From NCBI GenBank assembly GCA_012295275.1, contig CM022671.1, positions 15,314,001 to 15,378,000 of the forward strand: a DNA stretch of 64,000 nt, written 5' to 3'. Under the pieces are notes generated by a model. That model worked only from the letters and a program-made list of their open reading frames with translations. It did no database searches and was not told where the DNA came from. A program made the translations under genes and the position numbers. Of the stretch, positions 27,801 through 41,989 are shown piece by piece (within the stretch, counting starts at the first letter, position 1; each line of letters opens with the position of its first letter). This stretch comes from Chrysomallon squamiferum. Lineage: Eukaryota > Animalia > Mollusca.

Positions 27801-30800
27801 ATTATTTGGCATTGTAAGGAATATAAATATTAATCTTATGTTTGCAAAACTAAATTTTGTGAAGTTATGATCTTCTCTTCATTGTTATTCTAAACTGGTT
27901 TAAAATCTAGGGTAAGTACATATTAAATTTTTTATTATTATTATTTTTTTTTTTTAAATACATATTCTACTATATCATAATCTTCCTATATACCTAAAGC
28001 TAAATAGGAAGAGTTATCTGATTTCTGAAAATTTATTCTCTTCAAAACCCAAATCATATTAAACTATAATATTAAATGTAGTTTGTCATTTACCTACTTC
28101 TGAAAATCACACTTCTGTACTTATCTGATCTTAGACAAACATAAAATAAAATAAAAAAACAAAAAATAATCATTGATTTCTAATATCTGATCTAGACAAA
28201 AAAAGTTTTAAAAAATCACAATGCTATACATATATCTGATTCATCATCTTAAGAATAAATTTTAATTACATACCTCTGACACTCTGTCACCAAAGAGTTC
28301 CAACACTTTAGTTCGGTAATCTAGAGTAACTGTGACTGGATTTCCAACCATATAAAGATTTTCAAGACATGGGAGGTTACTTAGGTGTTTCACTTCTGAA
28401 ATCTGTAAAAGGAAAATTAATTATGGTGTAGTTAAATTAGCAAGAAAGAGTAACTGTAAAATATTTGTCATGCTTTTAATAAATAATATTACATTAAATT
28501 TACTTCTATCAACTTTTCTTCTTCCAATTTTACATAAAAATTGTCTATAAAAATTTTAAGAATTTGACTAAAAAAATAATTCTCCCATGTCATTACTGAT
28601 TTGGATTTTTTCCTTTAAAATTTATAGTAATCAAGTACACCTCCATAATAATTTTAAACAAATTCATTCATCTTGTTTTGCAACTATTTATTTGAGATTT
28701 TTGTTTTTACAGACAGAGAAGGATATTTGACTGTGTGTGTGAAAACCGTTTTCAGTTTCTTAATAATTTTAAAAATAGTTTTTCATGTCTTACACATTTT
28801 TTAATTTTATTTTACTTGACTGTACATTACACATATGGTTGTGTGCAATAGTTTTTAAGGATAAAAGATAACTCAACAATCTATTTGAACAATAATGTAA
28901 TTAAAGTAATTAAAATATCCATACCTTAGCAACTTCATTATTGCTAATATCCAGAGTTGTGAGAGAAAACAGTTTGGAAAATCCTGAAATAAATTAGATG
29001 CATAATCACTTAGAGAATGCCTTAACAAAATATTAATATTGTTTTCTGGGTATTTTATCAAAACAGTGACATCTTCTGACATTTTAGTAAACAATGGTTG
29101 ACATTTTCTACAGGTAGTTTTTTATACTTGCATATATTTAATAGTTATTTATTTGTGAATTCTGAACATGATTATATCTCTAAAAAAAATTAAACATGAC
29201 TGAACTATTAAAAAAATCATTAAATTGTCCACAGTTTTAATTATGGTATAGTTTACCATGAAGATCTTCAATGAGATTGTTTGCTAGTAGGAGAGTCTTG
29301 AGATTTCCTAGCTTTGTGTGCAGAGAGTCAAGGTTCCTTAATAAATTGCTTGACAAATTCAGAAAGGTCATCTGACTAAGCCACTGCAGATGTTCTATAG
29401 TTTCAAGCTTATTGTTGCTCAAATCAAGTCTCTCAACCTTTGGCATTAATTGCTATAAAAATATAAAAAAAAATTCAAAAAAAAAGAGGCAGTAATAACA
29501 ACAACAATAAAATGTTTACTAAAACTAATTATATTTTAAGAAGTTTTAACATGCAACAAGTGACAGAAGCCAAATGTAATAACACAAATATGTTTGAATA
29601 AATATAAATCTACCTGAAAATCAGATATTTAGTATTTTAATACTGAATGAAACAAAATTCCAAACCAACTGAACAATATAATTACCCTTAACATTACAAT
29701 GTTAATAATACATCAGTATGTTCATACTGTGATTCATAGATGATGGTAAAGAGTTTACAAAAATTTAAATATAATATTATAATTTGCTGGATATCTTACA
29801 TTATCCTAATCTGTTAACACATGAAGTTTCATATTTGATAGAAATGGATGTAGAATTATCTTTTCATTACACACTGATACTAACCACAGAATCATCTATC
29901 TTTGTTATAGAATTGTTACTGAAATCAGCTGAAGTTATATTAGACCAATAATCCACCAACAGTGTACCATCATCTGCTTGCCAGTAAGCACTATCTTGCA
30001 GAAAAAACTCCTATAAAAGAAATGGTTATATTATAACTAAAAAAATAGCCAATCCATTTCATTTCTTGAATTTTTTCATTATTTAAATAATTATTTCCAT
30101 GAATATAGTAGAAATGGGAGGAGTAAAATGTAGAAACAAGTATATATTCAATGCTAATAATGTAAAAAGTAATTACCCTTAAAGAAGAAAGTGTACTGGT
30201 AATATTCAATGATTGTAAAGTTTGCTTTATTGTTTCCAGCCCTCCAATTGCTTTGGGATTGCAAGTCAGTATCTGAAAAAATATACAAATAATAATAAAA
30301 TAAAATAAAAAAGAACTATATTAAGGAAAAATAGTATAATATTAAAATTTATATATCATTAACAATGGAATTTCTACAAATAAATAACATTAAAACTGAA
30401 ACATTCTAGTGAAAACATACCTCCACCTTTTGCAAAGATTTAAATAAAGTTAAATCAAAGTCTAGTTCATTCATATTAATGTTGCTTGTTCCATGAGGAT
30501 CCTGACTTCCCGTTATCTGGAGTAAAAAACAAAATGTATATATATACACCCACATATACAGACACACACACACACACTGTGCAGTCAAACAGAATTAATC
30601 AGTTGTGTTAAATTGATTACATACATGAAAAACTTATTCTCAAATACACTCACACAGAGTTATTATTAATATTCTTGTCTGACTATTGTATTTTTTTCTT
30701 TAATTAATCTAAATATGGATTTATTTAATTAAAGTGTTATAGATTAAATTTTAAATGGCTATATTAAAGATCTTTCAGACTAACAATACAGCTTAGTTAC

Positions 30801-33800
30801 ATCTTCAAAAGCAATCCAGTTAGGAGTTATTTACAATGTATGAAAATATTTATATTTTTAATTCTTTTTTGTAATTATTATGACTAAAAATGCTGAATAT
30901 AATGTTCAATGCATCTTCAAAAATTCTAACTGAAGGATCTAACTCAAGTGAAAATGTAATAAAAATGGAAAACTAATGTACCTTCAGTGCTTTGACTCTC
31001 GTTATGAAATCCAAGATGTGACCAATGTCTTTTTTAACATCACCACTATCTGTGTTGAAACAAAATGTAAAAACAAAATAAAAACTTTAATAAATAAATA
31101 AATAAATAAATAAATAATGAAATAGGCACATGTAGAGTTCATTCAACTGAAAGTACAATTTTGATATTTTATCACTCTCATAAGCATTTATAATTTATCT
31201 GGAAATGTATAAAAATTACCAAACAACATGAAATTCAATATTGTTACTAATTTTTTCAAATAATTTAAATGTACAAACCTTTGAAAAAAGAAAAATGAAA
31301 ACAAAAGGAATGAAAATTAATTTGTGTATTGTATTCTGAATTATAAACTTGACAAAAACCACAGAATAACCTTGGAATCTTTTAAAGCAATCACATACAG
31401 TATTACATACCACATGTTGGTTCTGGCAGTTTTAACCGTTCTGTCACAGCAAACAGCTGCAGAGGTGTCATTTCAAAAACTTCATTTGTTTGCAGAATAC
31501 TTTCTCCTTGAATTGGAAAGAAAAAGTTTTATTTAATATCTATAAGCAAAAAGCTCTGTGAAACTAATTTGGTTTTAAAATAATATGTATTAAAAGTATA
31601 TAAAAATTAATATTTGTTTTTTTTGTTTTTTTTAAAATAAATGTCAACAGAAAATAGTCACTTTCAGTCTCTTTTCTCTCATGTTGTGTTAAAGTTTTCA
31701 TATAATGTAATGATATTAGGATCATCTCTGACTTGCACTGCATGGAAACTGAAAAATGATTTATTTTGAGGTGACAGAGACAAATCATTGTCGAAAATGT
31801 AATGTTCAGAGGAACAGCTTCATATGTTAAAAAAAGATATATACTTTAAATAGGAATTTATAGTTCTAATATTTACTGAAAAGCCTTAATTTGTGCTACC
31901 ATAATCATTATTTCACATACAAAAAAAATCATATGCTACAACAAAAATAGATAAATATACAGTAAAAAAAAAAATAAGAAGAAAATCTATTGTAATGAAA
32001 TAATTGCAGTTACATAACAAATTTTATTTACCTTTATTGTAAAGTTCTTCAGCCAGAGCTTGAGTGATACCATGAATTTCCTGAAATGAATTGCACATAT
32101 AAAACAAAAACAAAAAAAACTTAAAACAAAAAATAGATTCAGTCTGGTAATGTACAAAGAAATGCATTTTTATTTATTTCAGTTAATCCAATATTACTCA
32201 AAGAACTAAAATAATATACCTGATTTGTTATATAATTTTAAAATATTGTTATTTTTTCAGTAACTCTCTCATGGTGTCAGAACTGTGATAACAGCAAATT
32301 AGTGTGATGTAACTTCTTGTATATTACAGTTTTTAAAAATTAAGAAAGGAATTTTTTACTGGATTTTATAATTCTCTAACAATAATTGAAATTGTTGCAC
32401 AAATTGAAAGTCCATATCTTGAATGAATAAGACAAAAATGCAGAATTTACATTTTGGAATTTTCTTCATGCAGACATACCAAGTAAATACAAATTACAAT
32501 TCATAACAAGTAAAAACAGGTACTGCTATAAATGGTAATGCCAGTTGTCATTTATAAAAATATTTTATTTACTTACATATTTATTGAAATCCAAGAAAAA
32601 AGCAAGTGCAGTTGGTATTTTTGGAGACAAGTAATACAAAATAGTCTGAAGGTAGATTTCTAGTTCTTGTTGACGCTTCTTAATAAATGATTCACTTTGA
32701 TTACCAAACAATTTCTTTGGTGGAAGAAGACTTTTATCCAGGTTGTAACCAGCAACTAGCTGTAACAAATTATACTACTAGTATTTAGACAACTAGCTGT
32801 AAACAATTATACTACTGGTATTTAGACAACTAGCTGTAAACAATTATACTACTGGTATTTAGACAACTAGCTGTAAACAATTATACTACTGGTATTTAGA
32901 CAACTAAATGTATCAAATTATACTCCAATTTTTTTAAACAATCTGTAACTATAATCAGTATGAAGAAATATAAATTCTTATATCAACTTCATAAAAGTAT
33001 AATATAAAACAATACGCTGAACATTGTTTCAAATCATCTGGGGTCAACAATGTTATTACGAAGTTAGTAATAAATACTGTCTACAGGTTTATTATGTTGA
33101 AACTGTTTTTAAATCATATTTAAAAAATATATATATATTTTTTATCATAGTCACTGCTAGAAAAAAAAATTAAGACTAGAAAATCTCTTTTAAATAATGA
33201 CAGGTTGATCTCCTAGTTATTGATAAACAATAGTAAATACCTTTTCATGAATTTCACGAAAATCGCTGTAACGATGTCTTACTGTCCATGTGTATGTACC
33301 AATTGTAACTTCTATGATATAAACCTGAAACAAAACATTTTATTTGGGTGATATATGACAATGAAAATCAATATTTTCAGTAAGTCATCACAAATTTATT
33401 TGCAGCTTTTCAGACTAAAAAAAAATGGATTCTTGTTTTAATATCTTTTCTTATTTTTCTTATTATTTTTAAGGAAAAATACCTTAATTATTAAACTGGT
33501 TGAAAACACAAAGTATAAACATTTGATTTTGCACCTAATTCACACCATCAAGAAGCAGTAAAATATATATATATGCATTTTTTTTTAAATATTACTTTCT
33601 AAAAATAAATTCAGCATTGCAAATCTAGGATTATTTTATTTCCTATAACCTTTTATCTTAAAAAAGCATACAGACAAATATTTAGTTCATATTAATTTAG
33701 GGTTACAGGGTTAAAACTTGATGGAAGACAACATGGCTGAACCAAACTGAAGTTTATATTCCGGTTGTAACTCAAGGGCATTTGAAGTATACTGTATAAA

Positions 33801-34674
33801 TATAAATATATATAAATGACAAGGCAAATACTTCTTTTGAACAACAAGCACTTATAGTAGTGCTTAGTGAGCATGCACTGCAAAATTAGGCTATTCAATT
33901 TATTTTTACTATTATTCTTAATATATTGTTGTTGGCATTAATATGAATTGTAATATTATTTCTTTTTAATTGTTGTTTATTTTTTGTTTTCTTAATTAGT
34001 ATTTTATTATAGTTATATATAAAGATATTCAGATAAAATAACAAATATATATATAAAAAAGTAATCTTTAGTTTAGGCTTATGCTTTACCAGGAAAGGTT
34101 TTTCTAGATGGTTTATCTACTGGGTTCATCACTTGTGTTACTGTATTGTTTCCAAAACTGTAGTCATTATTTCAGTATTATTGAATATTTTAATTATTAT
34201 CACATTGTGGTACATGGTAAGAAACCAAACTGAAATTAAAGTTAAAATGTTTTGTCACTTGCACATTTTATACCATGTTATGGTACATTTCATACAGTAT
34301 ACAATTTCCCCAAATTCATTATGTATTATATTAAAACTATCATGGATGAATTCTCCAATGAATCCGTGGAAAAACCTCTTGATCAATTGTTTAGTGGACG
34401 AATCATCTGCATCACAACATTTTGCCCCCCAAAAATGTTCTACTCTTAATAAAATGCACTACTCTTAATTCAGAGATTAAAAGTTTATTAAAATGATCTT
34501 TTAAATTTTATTTGGCACTGTAACCAGGTTGATAATGAAAAATTGTTTGTTTTGGAAAACCAGTTTTGACAGATCTAACTGCACTTTTATTATTTATATA
34601 CGAACGATCAACAACGACTCATCGTGACATCATAAAATATTCAGTAAAACCCTGACGAAAAGACCAACTGTAAG

Positions 34675-34736
<62 letters not shown>

Positions 34737-34866
34737 GTCGTAAATATTAAATTCTAAAGTTGAGGGATGAATTGATTACCGTGTACGTTTCTACAGGAAC
34801 TGCAGCAACTATTCGAATAGCAGCAGAAATATTAAGATTCTGTACAATTTTTCCAAAGTGAGCCAT
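22348..34866 (-). CDS. NISCH: Nischarin (imidazoline receptor candidate) orthologue; N-terminal PX domain, LRRs, long C-terminal region; 17 coding exons, ~1415 aa
   Basis: Exons (minus, GT-AG, phases consistent): 34780-34866, 33241-33324, 32577-32759, 32032-32080, 31411-31506, 30982-31049, 30421-30516, 30177-30272, 29885-30010, 29257-29452, 28925-28983, 28274-28402, 27498-27614, 26925-27027, 26446-26570 (or 26576), 25446-25564, 22348-24862 (or 24856). PX motifs [44 protein letters not shown]. Nischarin-type [14 protein letters not shown], LRRs [38 protein letters not shown] and C-terminal VNVGLFDQ. Confidence 0.93.
32753..32924. repeat. 37-bp minisatellite (4 full copies plus 1 partial) overlapping the nischarin exon 3 acceptor
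   Basis: Unit CAACTAGCTGTAAACAATTATACTACTGGTATTTAGA starting at 32753, 32790, 32827, 32864 and 32901 (partial). Confidence 0.95.
34678..34736. repeat. (TAT)n microsatellite in nischarin intron 1
   Basis: Direct reading. Confidence 0.97.
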
Positions 34867-34869
34867 TGT

Positions 34870-35060
34870 CTATATTGTTAGCAACATTGCAGTAAATATT
34901 AAAGAAATTTCAGCTCATAATATCTCGTGATAAGATGCCTTCCACATTTCCACCATTTCCATAGTCTCGTTCAATTGATACGATGTCTCATAATAACGTG
35001 ACTTATCGTTATATCTCGGGATTTCTAGACAGTCTCAATCAGTGACACTGGCACTGCTTT
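34870..35060 (-). promoter_or_regulatory. Nischarin 5'UTR/proximal promoter, CpG-containing
   Basis: Directly upstream of the ATG at 34866. Local CpG enrichment with TATCTCGTGATA, ACGTGAC and TATCTCGGGA motifs. Confidence 0.45.
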
Positions 35061-35108
35061 GGAACAATTCCTTTTTAACATTATTTTGTGGCATACAGTA
35101 TAAAAAAA

Positions 35109-35140
<32 letters not shown>

Positions 35141-36095
35141 AAAATATGTCCATTGTTTATTTCTTACATTGTCACTTCACTGTCACTTGTGTTTACTTAA
35201 TTACTATACATGCGTTTGTCCAGCGTACTCGCCGACAAGCTTAATGCTTTTGCACAGTCATCCAACATCCTCATAGTAATAGCTTCTTTTTTTTATTATT
35301 TTTCATTTTTCAGTTTTGCCCATCAAAATCATGATTTAATAAAATGTAAGTTAGATATAACTGACATCATCATGCCTGTTTTATTAATTATATTAAATAT
35401 TTTCCCCTCCCAGACTTCATAGCACTAGGCTAAAGGTTTTCTGTAATAAACATAATTTATAATAATCGTTATAATGTTTGTTTTTTAATTATTATTATTA
35501 TTATTCTTTTGGAGGGGTACAGAAACTCGCTTTTTACTTAATAACTGAATTAATTCGCACTATAGTAAAATACGTTTATATTAAAACTAATTTAAATATT
35601 TATCATAAATCGATTGTTTCAAAATTGGTCTCACAGTACACATCTGATTATCTGACTATCCATATACACGTAGGATGTACTTTTGTGTACAAAATGGATA
35701 TATAAGTTTTCTTAATTCATATGTAGGTCTTGAATAATATGCAGTCAGATCCCTCATTTGGCATAAAAAACGATTTATCGATTTATTACTGACAACTGAA
35801 ATACATAAAAATATTTTTTTTAAAAACATTCTGTTGACTCGATTTTATGAAATAACAGAGGGGTCCACTTGTCCAGAAAATGCAAAAGCTTGGGAAATCA
35901 TGAACACAAAATTAATTCTAACATTTATCAAAAGAGTAAACTTTAGTATATATGACAGCTATATAATAACATATGAACAAAATAGAGGCATAAAATATAT
36001 GTAAAGAAAAATGTACAGTAGAAAAAATGTTGATTAGGCTGGGTAAAGTTTGTTAGTTTAGGATGGTTATGAATGCATTGTAAAATTTACTTTGT

Positions 36096-36870
36096 AGCAA
36101 AATGGGTTAAGAGAGGGTTGCTGTGATTGTAATAGTGGGGACTCCCAGTAACTTCAAGTGGGAAATGGTGGAATCTATGGTATTTCATACTGAATGTATT
36201 TTTTAAACAAATAATTCTGTAAACTACAATACCATGACATAAAATACAATCAAAATTTGAAAGTTATTTTCTTTTTAAATAATAAAGATAATGATGTAAA
36301 GTGAAAATCAATTTTAATACTGAAGAAACAGCAAAATGGGTTAAGAGAGGGTTGCTGTGATTGTAATAGTGGGGACTCCAGTAACTTCAAGTGGGAAATG
36401 GTGATAAGTTCAGATTTTGTGCCTTTGTTGGACAGAGTCAACAGTATTAAATAGCCTCATTCAACCATATTTATGTAATTCTGTATCATTGTTACTGAAC
36501 CATTTTGACGAAAATTATGAATATTTTCTTTTTCTTTCTTCATTTTCTTTTTTTTTGCTTCTTTTTTTTGTTTCTGGTTTATATCATGTAATTGTAGATG
36601 TTTATCTTTATTTAATAACTTTCAAAAAATAACTTATAAAAAAAAATGTCTGCTGAAGACATTTGTTATATTTTAAAAATATGTCCGTTTTATTTTTTTT
36701 GGGGGGGTGTAATCTATTTTATTTCATACTGAATGTATTTTTTAAACAAATAATTCTGTAAACTATAATACCATGACATAAAATACAATCAAAATTTAAA
36801 AGTTATTTTCTTTTTAAATAATAAAGATAATGATGTAAAGTGAAAATCAATTTTAATACTGAAGAAACAG
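36096..36870. repeat. Complex local duplication X-Y-X...Y
   Basis: X (~75 bp) at 36096-36170 and 36330-36403. Y (~160 bp) at 36172-36331 and 36711-36870. Confidence 0.92.
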
Positions 36871-37230
36871 TTTGATCACATCATAATAGGAATTCAGTAA
36901 TTTATAATGGATCAGATATCATACTGAATGTTTTGGGCAGTCTTTGATGCTGTTTCCTGTTTTCCTGTAGGAAAAGCATTCCTGGAAACCTTGGATTCAG
37001 ACAGCATAGATACATACATGCAGACATACATACATACATATATATGCACAAACATAACTTCATAAATATAGATACAACTTTACACAGACATATTTTTTAT
37101 AACTTTAAAAAAATCCTGCTGGAATGAGCTTATTGAACTTTATTAATGTTAGGTTTAGGAAATATATATATTCATACAATATAATAGGCACACAATACTG
37201 ATATCCAAAATCATGTTAGAAAGAAGCATT

Positions 37231-38271
37231 TTAAGTTGTACTTTCATTCTGAACTCTCTGTGATTGGTATGCACTGCAAGGATATCCACCAAAACTGGAG
37301 ATTGGACTTATCTGAAAAATATATACATATTTCAAAATTGAAAATTTGTTTTTAATCTAAAGTCTTCTTAATAATATTTTACATATGAGTGTCAGTGTGT
37401 GTGGGTGTATGTTTGAGTGTTCAGTATATACAGGTACCAAACAATTTATCTGAGATGTTTGTGACTGGAGTGGTGTGGTGGTGATCCAGATTTTTTGATT
37501 CAGTCTAAATCTTTATTTAAAACACAGAATAAGCAATGAAAAATAAAGAATTAAACAATATTTAACAGATACAAATATATACGGTTCTAAAAAGCAGGGT
37601 CTGTTTGGTCTTTAATAATTCACTTAAAATTCTTAAAATATTAGTATAGAATATGCATTTAATGAGCAGTTTACTCTTTTAGTACGATAATAAAATAAGA
37701 ATCAACTGAAACAAATAATAACTTATTGTGGGTGGATCTTCTGCACACAGCAACAGTCTCACATGAATTTGTGTCAGAAAAAAAAAAAAAGCATGTCTAA
37801 TTAAAAAGTATCCAGTTTCAAACCTAGCCAGACAACTGGTTCAGTACCTGTGTGTGAATGTGTGTTTTATTCTTATTCTTTTTTTTTATCATTGTTAACT
37901 TCATTTTTTTCATAGAACTCAAATAAGCTTAATAAATATATTTTTTTTATATAACATAACTTTTGGTCTTTTGTTTTCTTTCCAGAAAGAAATGTCAGAA
38001 TGACACCATTTGTTAAGAAAATGTCCTTAAATACAAGTTATTTTCTATTCACACCTGTCTGTAGCGCATGTCTTCTTGTAACTGTTGTTGTTCCCTTCTC
38101 ATTCTAATCCAGTCAGAAGCCTGTCTTGTCAGACTATTTCTCAGCTGATTATGCTGCAGAAAATGAATTGTAGATAATTTTCTAGTATACCAAAAAAGTT
38201 AAATTAGAACAAGGCTATATCAAACAGTACAGCTGTTTAATCATTGTTATCAGTTATAATCTGTATATATA

Positions 38272-38309
<38 letters not shown>

Positions 38310-39570
38310 GTTATTATTTTATTTTGTGATAATCTGAAATATTAATTTATCTAATGTATAGTAAATAATGTTAGATTATTATTCTTAGAAATAAGATTTT
38401 ATACTTCTGCATCTTCATCTTATTGAAATATAAGACTAATATTTAGTGATATTAGAGTAAAATAAATAGATGGGTATCTCATACTGAACCTGTTTTCGTT
38501 CACGGTTAAATTTCTTCAACAATTCCATCCTTGCACTTTCACTTCTGTTTAAGTTTTGCTAAAGATTAATTAAATAAATAAAAACATGCATAAAGAAACA
38601 GATTGACTGAACTGAACATCACATTTTAAATTGTATGTTTTTACATATGCTGATTCACGAGAACAGAATTCACTTTGCAGTGATGGTGTACAGCACTTAA
38701 ATATAATCATATAAGAAAAAAAGACTAATATACTTGGAAAAACTGTCAATTATTATTTTACTTTTTGGTAAATGTATATAGAAATTAGCCTAAGCAAAAA
38801 ACACACAGATTTTGGATATGCTGATCTATATTGCATTATAGAGCACTGCATAATGCCTATGTAGGCTGTGTAAACTGAGTCACAGCTGACTATTACTTAA
38901 TATGTAAGTTAAGTTTAATTAATGTCTTTAAATTGACAAGAGGTTATTTTCTGATCTGCTATGTCATATTCATATCTCAGCGAAATTAGAAACTAAAAAC
39001 TATTTGTTAAAATCTATTAAAGTGTTATAGAGTGGTCATATTTCTTTTTTCTAAATTTTTTTCTTTTATTTATTTGATACTATAAATTTTAATACATACA
39101 TACATCTATTTATGTATGTATATATATATATATATGTATATATGGCTTCAATACTATAAAATTTTGTATTATAAAAGTTTTATATACATAATTGACAGTA
39201 TGTAGAATAAAGAAACATACTAATAAACTATGTTTGTCAGCCGTTTCGTCCTTTGCTCTCTTCAACAGAAAAGCATTGTCTTGTTTTAATCTGGCAATTT
39301 CTCTTTGGAGTCCTGCATTTTCTTCAACAAGTCGCTGAAATTTAAAATAAAATTTTATGTGGGTTTTTTTTTTTTTTAAATTTGAAAAGAAAACCTGGCA
39401 GATTCAAATTATAATTTCCTTGCATTATATTCCACTAAAACAGTTTCTTGTTTATTTATTTCCTGTGAAATGAAAAACTATTTCAGACAAAAATAAGTAA
39501 TTGGAAATTTAATACCTTCTAGGTAATTATCTGTGTTATCAGAAGAAAGACAGCCATAATAAAAAATAAG

Positions 39571-39605
<35 letters not shown>

Positions 39606-40689
39606 AATAAATAAAATAAAATAAAATAAATGCAAACCTCATTTCGTCTTATGATATCATTCACACTGACTGAACTGCCCAGCAGACTGTCAGCACCAGT
39701 TTTTTCTTTTTTAGGATTTGTTTCTTGAACTTCAGGCTTCCCTTGGTTCTTCTGTCGTTCCAGCATATACATATCTTTATATTTTTGAGAAATTTGGCGC
39801 GATTTAAGTAGTTCTTGTTCCACTGAAAATAAATTGAATTTTTTTTATTTAAACATTATATGATTAATTAGTTTATTCTCTAGAATTATTATTTAATCTT
39901 TTAAACCAAAATATTCTGCGATAAAACATTTTCAGGATGAATGGAAAAATATAACAGGTAAGAATTTTATTTTATAGAAAAATCACAAATTGTAAAAATC
40001 TATATAATTACAGAAGAGTAGCAATCAGACACACACACACACACATACACACACACACACATCTGTTATGTATGTCAAATACTGTTGAAAGCACTGCTTT
40101 AGATAAAAATCATTAAATGTCTAGTGGCCTTTACTGAATTACATACAACATGATTAATTAACAACATTTTATAATATTTACTAATGTACAGTTTTTAATT
40201 ATAACTTGTTATTTCTTTTTTGTTAATTATTGTTTTTTCTTTCTGAAAAATCACTTTATGATAAACACTAATGACTTAGAAAAAAAGAACAATAGTGAAA
40301 TAAATTAATAAAAAGTATAAATTTTTTTTCTTTTGTCTTTTATTTATTATTTTTTTATTTTTTTTATTTTAAATGACGTCAACAATGAATGTAAATATTC
40401 ATACTTTCTTTAGCCTTCCGTTCAAATTTTGGAAAACATTTCATGGCATTGGCCTCAGAGAGGCAACATTCTTCATTAAGTTTTCTGTTTCGTTGATTCA
40501 GCTGTCTAATTTGGTTCATTCTTTCCTGCAAAGCAATCTCTGTGTGAAGACTCCTATTGGGCCCTTCCAGATTCCTCATCATCTGAGCTTTGTGTTCATA
40601 AGAAATTTCTTGCTCTTCAGGAGATAGTTTTGGTTTTGTTGAACTACAACACAAATTCACAGAAAATAACATACTCAAAATAATAAAGA

Positions 40690-40720
<31 letters not shown>

Positions 40721-41118
40721 CACATACACATAGATATAAAATATATTTGTATATAATATCATTTATTATGTATGGATAATGGATAATTAACAGTTGTGAT
40801 AAATATTAATTACCTTTTCTTATCAGAAGGTGTACTATCTTTAATTGAGGTATCTTCAGCTTTCTTTGGAGATGGCAAAGATTCTTCTTTACCTCTGAAT
40901 AGTTCATCTTCGAGTGAGCTGATCTTTGCTTCAATCTTTTATAAAATAACATTAAGTAATTAAATATGATTAACATTATATATGTTAGTTAAAACTCCAG
41001 TGTACTTCATGTTACTGTTAATTATGTTTAAATTAAGCAGATTTACAAATGCAAAATATTGCTTCACTACAATAATTATTGAAATTTCTTTATATATATA
41101 TGTGTGTGTCTGTGTGTG

Positions 41119-41160
<42 letters not shown>

Positions 41161-41891
41161 TACTGTTTAGTGCGTATAAGATACAAAAAAAATTATTTTC
41201 ATAATCAATAGCAAATACCATCAATATTGCTGATGGTAGAATAATTTAATTAGGAAACTATGCACTGAGTGAAAGAAACTATTTATTCTCCAGTTATTTT
41301 ACTCAACACATTTTTATTATTTCAAATTACATGTTAAAGAAAGTAAAAAATTAAATGTCGTCACTACTGACCTGTTTAACTAAATCAGTTGACTCACGCA
41401 GCTGTTTCTGTAGTGTGTCTTTTGTAGCATTAGAATCTTTTTCATTCTTTATCTTCTTCAGCTTCAATACGTTGTCTTGAATAGTTTTTGATATCTTTGT
41501 AATGTCCTGACAATTGTTCTGAAAATCCTGTATTATTTGAACAATAGCAAATGTAGTATTTCATATTTGATGGAGGTTTTTTTGTTGTTGTTTTAACCTA
41601 ATATATATACACACATACTCACACATACAGACATACTACATACACACACATAAAATATAAAAAGGAATTGCATTGTCAATCATAACATTATACTAAAATA
41701 CGTTGTATTACACTGTATTTACATTATATTATTTTATTTATATATTTTTTAAATATAAAATTAATAATTATTTAAAAGTTAAAATTATTAAACAAACACT
41801 GCTGTATAATCTCACCAATCTTAACATCTTTTTTTTAAATTAGAGAAAATTACTCAGAAGTAAATCTGTGTTTAAATTACATCTGATGATG

Positions 41892-41989
<98 letters not shown>

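Noticed and set aside
32753-32924. 37-bp repeats resembling a CRISPR array in unit length
   Set aside because: Head-to-tail copies with no unique spacers, in eukaryotic context with no cas genes.
34133-34468. 111-aa and 65-aa plus-strand ORFs in nischarin intron 1
   Set aside because: Non-ATG starts, low-complexity AT-driven composition and no recognisable domain.
40373-40627. 84-aa plus-strand ORF (and 31324-31536, 44410-44643, 53595-53816, 55465-55677)
   Set aside because: Antisense shadows of real exons.
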